A DNA stretch of 64,000 nucleotides from Halorussus marinus (GTDB taxonomy: Archaea; Halobacteriota; Halobacteria; Halobacteriales; Haladaptataceae): positions 1 to 64,000 of the forward strand of contig NZ_SBIV01000005.1 of NCBI RefSeq assembly GCF_004765795.1, given 5' to 3'. The notes under the pieces were generated by a model. That model saw nothing but the letters and a program-made list of their open reading frames with translations. It had not been told where the DNA came from and made no database searches. Shown one piece after another: positions 31,125 to 41,266 of this stretch (position 1 is the stretch's first letter; the number at the start of each line of letters is the position of its first letter). The position numbers and the translations under genes are program-made.

Positions 31125-32621
31125 CTACGCCGACTCCGTGTTCGACCCGCGCCACGCCTGCACGAACGGGACAACGAGCGACACCGCCGCCAGCGCGAAG
31201 ATGCCGAGCGTGAGCGGTTCGGAGTAGAAGATTTCTAACGAGCCGCCCGACAGCTTGAGCGACCGCCGGAGGTTCACCTCCGCGATCGGCCCCAGGATGA
31301 GCCCGAGCACCATCGGCGCGAGTGGGTAGTCTTCGACCCGCATCACGTAGCCGAGCGCGCCCGCACCGAGCGCGACCCACACGTCGAGGACGTTACCCCG
31401 GAGCGCGAACGCTCCCACGATCGAGAGCACGAAGATCGCGGGCCAGAGGTACTTCCCCGGGAAGTCGATGAGCCGAGCCCAGTAGCGGGCGCCGACCAGC
31501 CCGAACACCAGGATGACGACGTACACGGTAAAGAAGCCGACGAAGATGGCGTAGACGAGTTCGGGTTCGTCCTGAAACAGCCCGGGGCCGGGCCGGATGC
31601 CGTGGACCATCAGCGCGCCGATCAGGATCGCGGTCACCGAGTCGCCGGGGATACCGAGGGTCAGCGTCGGGATCAGCGCGCCGCCGGTCGAGGCGTTGTT
31701 GCCCGATTCGGCCGCCGCCACCCCGCGGATGTCGCCGTCGCCGAACGTCGCGGCCGCGCCCTCGACCCAGCGTTTGGCCTCGTTGTAGGTGACGAACGAC
31801 GCGATGTCGCCGCCAGCGCCCGGGATCGCGCCGATGAACGCCCCCGCCACGCTCGATCCGACGACGACGTTGCGGATCTTCGAGAGGTCCGCCCGCGAGG
31901 GGATGACGTTCGTGAACTCCTGGGAGACCTGCTCGGTCTCGATGCCGCGCTGGTAGCGCAGGAACCCCTCCGCGATGCCGAACAGCCCGATCATCACCGC
32001 GATGAACTGGATGCCGGAGGTGAGCGGTTCGAAGCCGAACGAGAAGCGGGGATACGCCAGTACGGGGTCGAGGCCAACCGTCGCGAGCAGCATGCCGAGC
32101 AGGCCCGAGACGAGCCCCTTGAGAAGCGAGTCGCCGCTGACGCTGGCGATGATCGTGAGCCCGAACACCGCAAGCGCGAAGTACTCCGCCGAGCCGAACT
32201 CGATGGCGACGCTCGCGATCTGTGGTGCTAACGCCGCGAGCAACACGACGCTGACCGCGCCGCCGACGAACGACGCCACCGTCGCCACCGCGATCGCCCG
32301 GCCCGCGAGTCCGCGTTCGGCCAGCGGGAAGCCGTCGAAGACAGTCGCGGCCGCGCTCGGGGTCCCGGGCGTCCGGATCAAGATCGCGGGGATCGAGCCC
32401 GCGTACAGCGCGCCGCCGTAGATGCCGAGCAGGAGCATCATCCCCTCGGCGGCCTCCATGCCGAACGTGAACGAGACGAGCACCGCGACGGTCATGGTCG
32501 CGGTCATCCCGGGGAGCGACCCCATCGTCATCCCGATGAGCACGCCCGCCACGATGAGCGCGAGCGCGAACGGCTGGTAGACGATCGCGGCCCCCTGCAG
32601 GAGGTTGCCGACGACGCTCAT
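31125..32621 (-). CDS. tctA: Tripartite tricarboxylate transporter large permease
   Basis: GSLPGMT, PGTPSAAAT..DG, AESGNNA, LTLGIPGD. Confidence 0.93.
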   Translation of the reverse strand: MSVVGNLLQGAAIVYQPFALALIVAGVLIGMTMGSLPGMTATMTVAVLVSFTFGMEAAEGMMLLLGIYGGALYAGSIPAILIRTPGTPSAAATVFDGFPLAERGLAGRAIAVATVASFVGGAVSVVLLAALAPQIASVAIEFGSAEYFALAVFGLTIIASVSGDSLLKGLVSGLLGMLLATVGLDPVLAYPRFSFGFEPLTSGIQFIAVMIGLFGIAEGFLRYQRGIETEQVSQEFTNVIPSRADLSKIRNVVVGSSVAGAFIGAIPGAGGDIASFVTYNEAKRWVEGAAATFGDGDIRGVAAAESGNNASTGGALIPTLTLGIPGDSVTAILIGALMVHGIRPGPGLFQDEPELVYAIFVGFFTVYVVILVFGLVGARYWARLIDFPGKYLWPAIFVLSIVGAFALRGNVLDVWVALGAGALGYVMRVEDYPLAPMVLGLILGPIAEVNLRRSLKLSGGSLEIFYSEPLTLGIFALAAVSLVVPFVQAWRGSNTESA

Positions 32622-33128
32622 CTACGCCACCCCCAGAACCAGCGGGAGCGACGGGAGAAACTCCGAGAGCGACACGACGCTCCCCTCCGGGAGCGGAACG
32701 CGCAGGAACGCCCGGAACACGTAGTGGAGTACCACCGCGATGGCGACCCCGAGCGGGACCGACGTGCGGAGCCGCCTCACCCCGGAGTACCACATCAGCC
32801 CGACGAGAAACCCCAGCGTTCCGAGGACGAACCCGACCGCCGGCATCACGAGCACGTAGGCCAGCAGGAACCCGGCCGGGACCGCGAACCGGACCACCGC
32901 TTCGGTCCCCACACTGTGGGTTCGAGGGTCGCGAGCGACCACGCTTCGAACGAGCAGTACGGCCGCCAGCAGAGCGATCGTCGCCGCGATGACTCGGGGG
33001 AAGAAGGCCGCGCCCGGGGTCTCGCCGAACCCGCTCGGGAAGTCGCGACTCGCGACGAACACGCCCGCCGACAGCGCTACCAGCAGCGCCGCGCCGACTT
33101 TATCGGTGTGTCGAATGTCGATAGCCAT
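32622..33128 (-). CDS. tctB: Tripartite tricarboxylate transporter small subunit
   Basis: Four TM segments, GAAFFP, VFRAFLRVPLPEG; lies between tctC and tctA. Confidence 0.88.
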   Translation of the reverse strand: MAIDIRHTDKVGAALLVALSAGVFVASRDFPSGFGETPGAAFFPRVIAATIALLAAVLLVRSVVARDPRTHSVGTEAVVRFAVPAGFLLAYVLVMPAVGFVLGTLGFLVGLMWYSGVRRLRTSVPLGVAIAVVLHYVFRAFLRVPLPEGSVVSLSEFLPSLPLVLGVA

Positions 33129-33166
33129 TGAAAAACTCGGAGTGGCCCGGTCGCGTCCCGACCGGA

Positions 33167-34234
33167 TTACGAGCTCGTCGTCTCAGACGCTGTCGTGGTT
33201 CCCGACTCGGTTTCGGTGCCGCCGTCGCCGCCCGGTCCGAGACCGAGGTTGGCGACGATCTCCTCGAAGCGGTCGAGTTCGGACGCCATGAACTCGCCGT
33301 ACTCCTCGGGGCCGCGGTTGACCAGCCCGAAGCCGTTCTCGTCCATGAACGACTGGAAGTCGTCGGACTCGTACACCGACTGGAACGCGCCGTTGAGCGT
33401 CTGGACTCGCTCGTCGGGCGTGCCCGACGGGACCCCGAGCCCGCGCCACGCGCCGATCGTCACGTCGATGTCTTTCTCCCGGAGAGTCGGCACGTCCGGG
33501 AACAGGTCGTTGCGCTCCTCGCCGAACACCGCGAGCATGTTGAGCGGGCCGTCCTGGACCTGCGGGGCGACCTCCGCGGCGCTCGCGGTGGTCGCCTCGA
33601 CCTCGCCGTTGACCACGGCTTGGGTCGCGGGCGCGCCGCCGTCGTAGCCGATGTGCTCGACGTCGATGCCGACCTGCTGGGCCATCTGGGCCGCCGAGAG
33701 GTGCCAGATCGCGCCGATCCCCGAGTTCGAGATCCGGATCTCGCCGGGGTTGTCCTCGGCGTAGGAGACGAACTCCTCGATCGTGCTGTACGGAGCGTCC
33801 TCGTGGACGGTCAGCGACGCCGGATCGAAGTTGTACTGCATCACGGCGTCGAAGTCGTCGGGCGTGATGTCGGCGATCCCGAGGTGCGAGATCGTGGCGA
33901 TCTCGACCGTCAGCACGCCCACCGTGTGGCCGTCGGCTTCGGCGTTGGCGGCCGCTCGGAAGCCCGCGCTCCCGCTCCCGCCGGTCTGGTTCGTCACGAA
34001 GACGGACGTGTCGAGTTCGTTCTCCGCCAGCGAGGCGAGCTGGCGGGCGGTTCGGTCGGTGCCGCCGCCGGCCGCCCACGGAACGATCAGTTCGATGTCG
34101 TCGCTCGGGTACTCCTGTGCGGCGCCGAGACCTGTCAGTCCGGCGAGTCCGACCGCCGAACCGACGCCGGTCGCCTTGAGAAACCGTCGCCGTCCTGTCG
34201 ATTCGAGTATCGCGTCGTTGTCTTCCCCCACCAT
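33167..34234 (-). CDS. tctC: TctC/Bug substrate-binding protein (Tat signal)
   Basis: YPSDDIELIVPWAAGGGTD, NQTGGSG, PDVPTLRE, WRG; GRRRFL Tat motif. Confidence 0.92.
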   Translation of the reverse strand: MVGEDNDAILESTGRRRFLKATGVGSAVGLAGLTGLGAAQEYPSDDIELIVPWAAGGGTDRTARQLASLAENELDTSVFVTNQTGGSGSAGFRAAANAEADGHTVGVLTVEIATISHLGIADITPDDFDAVMQYNFDPASLTVHEDAPYSTIEEFVSYAEDNPGEIRISNSGIGAIWHLSAAQMAQQVGIDVEHIGYDGGAPATQAVVNGEVEATTASAAEVAPQVQDGPLNMLAVFGEERNDLFPDVPTLREKDIDVTIGAWRGLGVPSGTPDERVQTLNGAFQSVYESDDFQSFMDENGFGLVNRGPEEYGEFMASELDRFEEIVANLGLGPGGDGGTETESGTTTASETTSS

Positions 34235-34411
34235 TCCACCACCAATGTTTTACTATATCGGATAAGAACTTTTTTGCCTATTTTGTTATGTTAGTTCGGG
34301 AGGAAGGTGTGAGCCCGGTCGCGGGCGCGCGACGGCCCCGGAGACGGCGGAAATCCCGAGTCGGGGGCGCGAACCGGGCCGAATATAACGCGGTACGCGC
34401 TACGGTGGCGC

Positions 34412-35077
34412 GTGAAGAACGTCACCGACAGGATCACCAACCCGTTCGACATGCGCCCGCCCTGTCCGGGCGCGGAGGGCGAGCAGGCGGCCGTCTTCGG
34501 GTACGGCGACGCGAACGCCGACTTCCACGTCGTCGGCGACCACCCCGGCGTCCACGGCGGGTGCGAGACGGGCGTTCCGTTCACCGGGAGTCCCGCCGGC
34601 GAGCGACTCCGGTCCGTGCTGAACGAGGTCGGCCTCGTAGCCGACCGAGACGGCGACGGCGACGGGCCCGCGGTCGCAAACCTCTTTCTGAGCTACCGGT
34701 ACATGTGCTGTCTGGCGGACGATCGGGCGCCCACCGACCGCGAGTACGACGACCTCGAACCGTTTTTCGACGCCGAACTCCGGGCGATCGCCGCCCACGT
34801 TCTGCTCCCGGTCGGCGAGGCCGCGACCCGACACGTCCTCGCCACCTACGGCGCCCGGGCGGCGCTGGTCGACGACCGCGGGATGGCCGAACTCCACGCC
34901 GACCACGTCCCCGGAAGCGGCTTCCTCGTCGTTCCGATCCGCGAGCCGACCGAGTGGGCGGACGCCGATCGCGAGCGACTGGCGGCGTCGCTGTCGGAGC
35001 TACTGGACTCGGACTATCGCCAGACCGCCGACCTGAGTCGGTTTCTCGCGGGCGACGAGACCTACGAGGTGCGGTAG
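34412..35077 (+). CDS. Uracil-DNA glycosylase family protein
   Basis: FGYGDANADFHVVGDHPG..GG..TGVPFT and FFDAELRAI..HVLLPVG. Confidence 0.8.
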   Translation: MKNVTDRITNPFDMRPPCPGAEGEQAAVFGYGDANADFHVVGDHPGVHGGCETGVPFTGSPAGERLRSVLNEVGLVADRDGDGDGPAVANLFLSYRYMCCLADDRAPTDREYDDLEPFFDAELRAIAAHVLLPVGEAATRHVLATYGARAALVDDRGMAELHADHVPGSGFLVVPIREPTEWADADRERLAASLSELLDSDYRQTADLSRFLAGDETYEVR

Positions 35078-35238
35078 TCTGGGCCGCCGGGAACGACGGC
35101 GTCGACCACCCCTCGGACGGTCCCCGCGAGGAGATCGAGAAGTGTCGGAACCAGCGGCAAGACTACGACGAACGCGACCGCCGCGCCGACGGCCACCAGC
35201 GCGATCTGTACCGGCGTCTCGGGACGAGGGACCGCCAT
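35062..35238 (-). CDS. Small single-TM protein (58 aa); not in the ORF track
   Basis: Hand translation MAVPRPETPVQIALVAVGAAVAFVVVLPLVPTLLDLL...; minus-strand TTTTAAC about 28 nt upstream. Confidence 0.5.
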   Translation of the reverse strand: MAVPRPETPVQIALVAVGAAVAFVVVLPLVPTLLDLLAGTVRGVVDAVVPGGPDYRTS

Positions 35239-35317
35239 GCGTACGCCGACGCCGCCATCGGTGTTAAAACTCGGTGTGGGTCCGTCCGGGCGTCGCCGAC
35301 CCCGAGCGCGTCGCTAC

Positions 35318-35620
35318 TTACCGATCCGGATCGCACTCCGGGCCGGGGTCGGCGGCGCGGTTCGGGCGCGACTCGGCGTCGAACTCCGCCCCGCAGTCGG
35401 CACAGACCATGCTGTCGGCCGGGAGACCCCGCTGTGGGGTGACCAGCCCGCAGTCGTCACAGATGCCGTAGAGTCGCTTGCCGGGGTCGAGACCGCTGAC
35501 GAACTCCATCCGGACCCACGCGTCGGGGTTCCGTTCGTCGTAGATCTCGACGCCGCCGTCGGTCCGCGTCCAGTTGACGGCCTCCTCGTCGCGCCCCCGT
35601 GACTCGGTTCGGTCGCTCAT
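35318..35620 (-). CDS. Small protein with C-terminal zinc ribbon
   Basis: IYDERNPDAWV N-terminal motif followed by CDDCG...CADCG. Confidence 0.7.
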   Translation of the reverse strand: MSDRTESRGRDEEAVNWTRTDGGVEIYDERNPDAWVRMEFVSGLDPGKRLYGICDDCGLVTPQRGLPADSMVCADCGAEFDAESRPNRAADPGPECDPDR

Positions 35621-35769
35621 CGCGTAGGTGAACCCCGATCGGTATCTATCATAAAAGTTCCGTGATAATATTTACTACGGGCGTGGTAAACCGGCGGCAG
35701 GGCGCCCGACGCGCCGGCGGCGACCGGCGGGAGGGAAAACGACTTATTCCGACGCCGCCGAGTGGGACC

Positions 35770-36765
35770 GTGCAACGGATCCAGCTCGGGAACACCGTCT
35801 TCGAGGGCGAGAACGCCGTCTACGTCCTCGGAGCCGACGCAGAGACGACCGCGCTCGTCGACACCGGCGTCGCGGACTCGGCGACGCGCGAACAGCTACG
35901 GTCGGGACTCGCGGCCCACGGCCTCGGGTTCGAGGACGTCGACGCCGTCCTGTTGACCCACTGGCATCACGACCACGCCGGGCTCGCGGGCGAGATTCAG
36001 GCCGAGAGCGACGCGACCGTCCACGTCCACGAGGCCGACGCCGAGATGATCGAGGCCGGCGGAACGACACACGTCGAGGAGATAGAGCGACGCGACCTCT
36101 TCGATCGGTGGGGCGTCCCCGAGCAGAAGGCCGAGGAGCTACTGGCGTTTCTGGGTCGCCACGAGGAGATCAGGGGACGGGCCCCGACCGTCGAGACGTT
36201 CGCCGACGGCGAGCGCTTCTCGGTGGGCGACCTCGAACTGGAAGCCGTCCACCTGCCCGGCCACACCGCGGGGCTGACGGGGTTCCGGTTCGACGGCGAG
36301 GACGGCCCGGAGCTGTTCGCCGGCGACGCGCTGTTGCCGAAGTACACCCCGAACGTCGGCGGCGCGGACCCGCGAGTCGAGGACCCGCTGAAGGCGTATC
36401 TCGGCTCGCTCGACCGGATCGTCGACGGCGAGTACGTCCGGTCGTGGCCGGGCCATCGGGACCCCATCTCGAACCCCACCGAGCGGGCCCGCGAGATCAT
36501 CGACCACCACCGCGAGCGCACCGAGCGAGTCGTCGCCGTCCTGCGCGAGCGCGGCGCCGCCGACGCCTGGACGGTGAGCGCCGACCTGTTCGGCGAACTG
36601 TCGAACATCCACATCCTTCACGGGCCCGGGGAGGCGTACGCCCACCTCGATCGGCTCGAACGCGAGGGCGTGGTGGCCAACACCGACTCGGGGTACGAAC
36701 TCCGAACCGACCCCGACCTCGACGCGGTGTTCGGCGCCGAAGACGTGGCCGTCGACTCCGAGTAG
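35770..36765 (+). CDS. MBL-fold metallo-hydrolase
   Basis: LVDTG, THWHHDHAG, PGHT, AGD, PGH. Start set at GTG 35770. Confidence 0.92.
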   Translation: MQRIQLGNTVFEGENAVYVLGADAETTALVDTGVADSATREQLRSGLAAHGLGFEDVDAVLLTHWHHDHAGLAGEIQAESDATVHVHEADAEMIEAGGTTHVEEIERRDLFDRWGVPEQKAEELLAFLGRHEEIRGRAPTVETFADGERFSVGDLELEAVHLPGHTAGLTGFRFDGEDGPELFAGDALLPKYTPNVGGADPRVEDPLKAYLGSLDRIVDGEYVRSWPGHRDPISNPTERAREIIDHHRERTERVVAVLRERGAADAWTVSADLFGELSNIHILHGPGEAYAHLDRLEREGVVANTDSGYELRTDPDLDAVFGAEDVAVDSE

Positions 36766-36898
36766 GTCGGATCGGTCGGGCGACGCCGGAGCCGAGTCGG
36801 TGGCGCCGCTCGGGTTCACGTCCGTTCGTATTTTTGATCTGGGAATTTAAAGGAATGAAACCACTTATTAGGAAGCCCTGAATCCGACCACACGAAGC

Positions 36899-38563
36899 AT
36901 GGTAGACGCACCGCCCCGCGTGCTCCACGTCGAGGACAACGACTTCTTCGCGAGAATCACCGCCGACGTCCTCGGCGACTACGACATCGACGTCTGCACC
37001 GTGGGGAGTGCCGACGCCGCCCTCGACAAACTCGCCGCCGAGGAGTTCGACTGCGTGGTCAGCGACTACGAGATGCCGGGGATGGACGGGCTGGAGCTTC
37101 TCGACGAGGTTCACGAATCGTATCCCGACCTCCCGTTCATCCTGCTGACCGGCGGCGGCAGCGAGCAGATCGCGAGCAGAGCGATTTCGGCGGGGGTCAC
37201 CGACTACCTCAAGAAAGCGACCGGGAAAGAGCAGTTCACGGTGCTGGCAAACCGCATCGAGAACGCCATCTCCCGGCGGCGGACCGAGCGACGCGTCGAC
37301 CGCCAGATCGAGGTCAACGACCGGATCTGGGACGTGAGTCAGGCGGTCCTTCGGGCGTCCTCGCGCGAGGAGATCGAGGAGATCGTCTGCGAGCAACTCG
37401 CCGGGACCGAGCCCTACTCGGTCGCGTGGGTGGGCAAGACCGACGCGAACGCGAACGTGATCCATCCGCAGGTCGCGACGGGCATCGACGTGGCCGCCCT
37501 CGAACCGATCGCGTTGGCCGCCGATCGAGACGACGCGCCGTCGGAGCCCCGGAGTACCGACGGGGCGGCGTCGGTGTCGAATCCTCGGCTGATACGAGAG
37601 GCCATCGCCACCGAGACCGTTCAGGTCGCGACGCGGCCCGTTCCGGACGCCGACGACCGAGGCGGCGCCGATCGAAACGGCTCGGAAGACGCCGACGGCG
37701 AATCGGCGGTCGTCGCCGTGGTGCCGCTGGTGTACGAGAGCACGATTTACGGCACGCTGAGCCTGTGGTCGGTCACCCGAGGCGCGTTCGGGAAGACCGA
37801 GCGGCGCGTCCTCTCGAAGTTCGGCAGTAGCGTCGCCTACGCGATCGACTCGGTCCGGACCCGAAAGGAACTCGTCAGACGCGAACAGCGACTTCAGGTG
37901 TTCAACCGGATCCTCCGGCACAACCTCCGCAACGACCTCAACGTGGTGTTGGGCCACGCCGAGAACCTCCTCGAGGAGAATCCGGGCTCGGAAGCCGACG
38001 TCGACGTGATCAAGCGGAAGGTGATCGAACTCATCGAGATCAGCGAGAAGGCCCGGGAGGTCGGGAAGACCCTCGACCGAGAGGACGAGACCCGGACCCA
38101 GATCGACCTCGCCGAGTCGATCGAACACACCGTCGAGGAGTTTCGCCAGTCGTACCCGGAGACGGAGATACTCGTCGACTGTCCCGACTCCGTCTACGCG
38201 TACGCCGACAAAACCATCGACGCCGCGATCAGCGAAGTCCTCGAAAACGCCATCGAACACACCGACTGCGAGTCCCCGTCGGTCACCGTGTGCGTCTCCC
38301 GGCCCGTCGACGAGAGCGGGTGGGTGGAGCTGGCGGTGCTCGACGACGGACCGGGCATCCCCGAAGAGGAACAGGAGGTGCTCTCGGAGGGCAAAGAGAC
38401 CGCGCTCCACCACGGGAGCGGCCTCGGGCTCTGGCTCGCGAACTGGATCGTCGAGAAGTTCGGCGGCGAACTGGCGTTCGACGACGACCGGACCGACGGG
38501 AGTGCGGTGATTCTGCGACTCCAGCACGCGAGCGTGGCGGGCGACCGGACCCCGGAGTTCTGA
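36899..38563 (+). CDS. Hybrid receiver-GAF-histidine kinase
   Basis: VEDN...SDYEMPGMDG receiver domain; RHNLRN H-box; ENAIEH, DDGPGI and HGSGLGL. Confidence 0.92.
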   Translation: MVDAPPRVLHVEDNDFFARITADVLGDYDIDVCTVGSADAALDKLAAEEFDCVVSDYEMPGMDGLELLDEVHESYPDLPFILLTGGGSEQIASRAISAGVTDYLKKATGKEQFTVLANRIENAISRRRTERRVDRQIEVNDRIWDVSQAVLRASSREEIEEIVCEQLAGTEPYSVAWVGKTDANANVIHPQVATGIDVAALEPIALAADRDDAPSEPRSTDGAASVSNPRLIREAIATETVQVATRPVPDADDRGGADRNGSEDADGESAVVAVVPLVYESTIYGTLSLWSVTRGAFGKTERRVLSKFGSSVAYAIDSVRTRKELVRREQRLQVFNRILRHNLRNDLNVVLGHAENLLEENPGSEADVDVIKRKVIELIEISEKAREVGKTLDREDETRTQIDLAESIEHTVEEFRQSYPETEILVDCPDSVYAYADKTIDAAISEVLENAIEHTDCESPSVTVCVSRPVDESGWVELAVLDDGPGIPEEEQEVLSEGKETALHHGSGLGLWLANWIVEKFGGELAFDDDRTDGSAVILRLQHASVAGDRTPEF

Positions 38564-38602
38564 TCGGTCCGGTCGAGTCGCCGAGTCGGGCGGTCGCCCG
38601 CG

Positions 38603-39006
38603 ACCCCGTCGTTTCCGCTGTCTGCCCTCACGGGGCGTGCGGCCGGTCCACACCGGTGTTTCCGTTGTTTCGTCGCCGGGCCCGCGGCGGGTCTGCGGTT
38701 CGTCGCGACACCGATGTTTCCGGTGTTTATTCCGCGGCCCGATCACTCCGCAGTTTCCGCTGTTTCGCCCGGCCGAACGCGACCGGACGGCGAGAGCCGA
38801 ACTCCGCGAGCGCGACCGGCGTTCGGCGCGGTCGACGAGACTCCCGGACCGATACGGGGTCGAGAGCGTCGAACAGCGGAAACGGTGGGGTAATTGATGG
38901 GTCGTGGGCACAGCGGAAACGGTGGGGTAATTGATGGGTCGTGGGCACAGCGGAAACGGTGGGGTTCGGTTCGGCGGTCGAAACAGCGGAAATCGTGGGG
39001 TTGGGG
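38603..39006. repeat. Downstream ORB (origin recognition box) array
   Basis: GTTTCCG(C/T/G)TGT at 38611, 38658, 38716 and 38753; inverted ACAGCGGAAA(C/T)-N3-GGGG at 38873, 38910, 38947 and 38983. Confidence 0.85.
38873..38965 (+). repeat. 37-bp tandem repeat (2.5 copies) containing an ORB
   Basis: ACAGCGGAAACGGTGGGGTAATTGATGGGTCGTGGGC occurs exactly twice, followed by a partial third copy. Confidence 0.95.
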
Positions 39007-39048
39007 CGACGGGGAGGCCGACGAGTGATTTTCGGGGTCGCTCGCGGG

Positions 39049-40290
39049 TCACTCCTCGATGTCGCCGAACGTGGTCTGGTAGTACGGCCTGATGCTGTCG
39101 TGGACGCCGGCGAACTCGATCGTCTCTTCGAGCGCGCTGACCACCAGTTGGAGGTCCTGTTTCAGGGCGTGTTCGCGGTACTTGCCCCCGGACATCCCCT
39201 CGTTTTTCTCGGTCGAGGAGATGACCCCGAGCATGGCGAGGTCGGCGAGGTGGTCGCGCATCCGACGGCTGGTGAGCGGTTCGGTGCCGACGTGGTTGCA
39301 CAGCTGTTCGTACCGGGGTCGGATGTCGCGCGAACGAGCGGGCGTCGTCTCCTCGGCCTCGAGCGAGGTGAGCGCGTAGAGGATGAGTCGGGCGTGCTCG
39401 GTCAGGTCGGCGACCCCCTCCATGATGCGGTCGCGTTCGAGCTTCTCGCGTGCCTCTTGGACGTGCTCGTCGGTGACCTGCTCGACGGCCTCCTTCCGGG
39501 CGAGATCGCCGGCCTCCAGCAGGAGATCGAGGGCCTGTCGGGCGTCGCCCGCGTCCTGTGCGCCGTAGGCCGCACAGAGCGGGATCACGTCCTCGGCGAG
39601 CGCCGCCTCGTGAAAGGCGACCTGCTCGCGCTGGCTCAACACCTTCTGGAGTTCGGTGGCGTCGTACGGCGGGAACGACACCTCCTTCTCGCAGAGCGAC
39701 GACCGGACCTTCGCGGAGAGCGAGTCGCGAAACGAGAGGTCGTTCGAGATGCCGATGAGCCCGATCTTGGCGTCTTCGAGGTAGCCGTTGCTCCGTGCGC
39801 GCGGGATCTGATAGAGGATGGAGTTGTCGTTGATGTGATCGACCTCGTCGAGGACCACGATGATAGTTCCGCCGACCTTGTCGAGTTCCTCCCAGAGGAA
39901 ACTGTACACCTGCGCTTGTGGGTAGCCGGTGTTGCTGATCTGTTCGGACGGGGTTCGGAGCGTGTTGACGAGTCGCACTGCCACCTGATAGCTCGAGTTG
40001 AGACCGTCACAGTTGATCTCGATCACGTTCAACGAGATGTCGTCGTACTTGGCGGCGTCGTCCTGGAGACGGTTGAGGAGAAATCGGGTCGCGGCGGTCT
40101 TGCCGACGCCGCTCTTGCCGTAGAGGAAGATGTTCGACGGGGCCTCGCCGTTGATGATCGGTTGGAGTGCGGCGTGGTACTCCTCCAACTCGTCGTCGCG
40201 ACCGACGAGGTTGTTCGGGGTGTACTCCTCCAGCAAGGCGTCGCGGTTCTTGTAGAGGGAGTTGTCCCGATCGAAACTGAACGATGACAT
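39049..40290 (-). CDS. cdc6: Orc1/Cdc6 replication initiator
   Basis: LVGRDDE, YGKSGVGKT Walker A, VLDEVD Walker B, FPPYD, GDARQALDLL; winged-helix C-terminus. Confidence 0.96.
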   Translation of the reverse strand: MSSFSFDRDNSLYKNRDALLEEYTPNNLVGRDDELEEYHAALQPIINGEAPSNIFLYGKSGVGKTAATRFLLNRLQDDAAKYDDISLNVIEINCDGLNSSYQVAVRLVNTLRTPSEQISNTGYPQAQVYSFLWEELDKVGGTIIVVLDEVDHINDNSILYQIPRARSNGYLEDAKIGLIGISNDLSFRDSLSAKVRSSLCEKEVSFPPYDATELQKVLSQREQVAFHEAALAEDVIPLCAAYGAQDAGDARQALDLLLEAGDLARKEAVEQVTDEHVQEAREKLERDRIMEGVADLTEHARLILYALTSLEAEETTPARSRDIRPRYEQLCNHVGTEPLTSRRMRDHLADLAMLGVISSTEKNEGMSGGKYREHALKQDLQLVVSALEETIEFAGVHDSIRPYYQTTFGDIEE

Positions 40291-40336
40291 GAACTGTCGT
40301 TGGGTGGACGACCACATAAATCCACAGGGCGACGGC

Positions 40337-41231
40337 GGTGTCCGCTGTTTCTTTTGTTCGATTCTTTTTAACTCAAGGCGTCGTTCCCGGAGGCCGTGGT
40401 TTCCGTTGTCGGATCTGACTTAAACACACACCCACCCCATCGTTTCCGGAGTCTTCGACGGGATCGGCAGGAGGGGGTTCGAGTTGGTATTTAATTTGGG
40501 AACCTTTATTACCCAAGACAGCAAACGATATCCGTAGGACAATTAGTCAAAATAGACTATTATATCTCTCGGTTTGCTGTGCGTATTTTCTAGGAAGCGA
40601 AGACGATACCTCGCTAATATTGACAGTATTTGATCCCCGACGAACAGCCGCCGGATCGTGGCGGGCCGATTGTGGCGTCCCAACCCCCTCCCCACTGTTC
40701 TCGCGGAAAACAGCGGAAACAGTGGGGTGGGTGTGTGGCCGCCCTTTCGCCCCGTCCCCGCACCCGCCGCCCCGAGACAGCGGAAACGACGGAGTGAGCG
40801 TCAGTCCCACGACCAACTGTCGACCTCTCTCGACGTCTTTTCCGGCCGAAATCGGCCTCAGCCGGCCAGTGGGTCTCGAACGAGCGACCGTAGACAACGG
40901 AAACCGCGGTGTTGGTGGCCGTGAGTCGGACCCAAAACGAGGCTCGTCTCGTGACCGAAACACCGGAAACGGTGGTGTTACCGTGACCCGTGGAGACCGA
41001 CGCGCCGCCGATCTTCCGCCTCAGTTGGCGGCGTTCCTCGTCGTATCGTCGGGTGGGTAGCCTCGATAGTGTCGAAATCGCGAGGCTGAACGTCCGGTCT
41101 CGACGCCGTAAGCCAACTGGCACGACACACGGAACCGTCCCAAAACAGCGGAAATCGTGGGGTTACGTTCGGCTTCGAGCGCTCCGGTCCGAACGGCTCC
41201 GATCGCTTCGAGACAGCGGAAACGGCGGGGT
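40337..41231. other. Replication origin: inverted ORBs flanking an AT-rich unwinding element
   Basis: ORBs at 40399 and 40442 face ORBs at 40710, 40777, 40894, 40960, 41145 and 41213. AT-rich stretch at about 40485-40635. Exact 14-bp inverted G-string at 40425-40438 and 40724-40737. Confidence 0.88.
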
Positions 41232-41266
41232 CGTGACACGGTGAGACAAAAGGGCCGATCGGTCGG

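Noticed and set aside
38873..38995. Possible mini-CRISPR array
   Set aside because: The intervening sequences are identical rather than unique spacers, the repeat is the ORB motif, and no cas genes are present.
40547..41244. Short ORFs within the origin region
   Set aside because: They are translations of ORB repeats in a non-coding origin.
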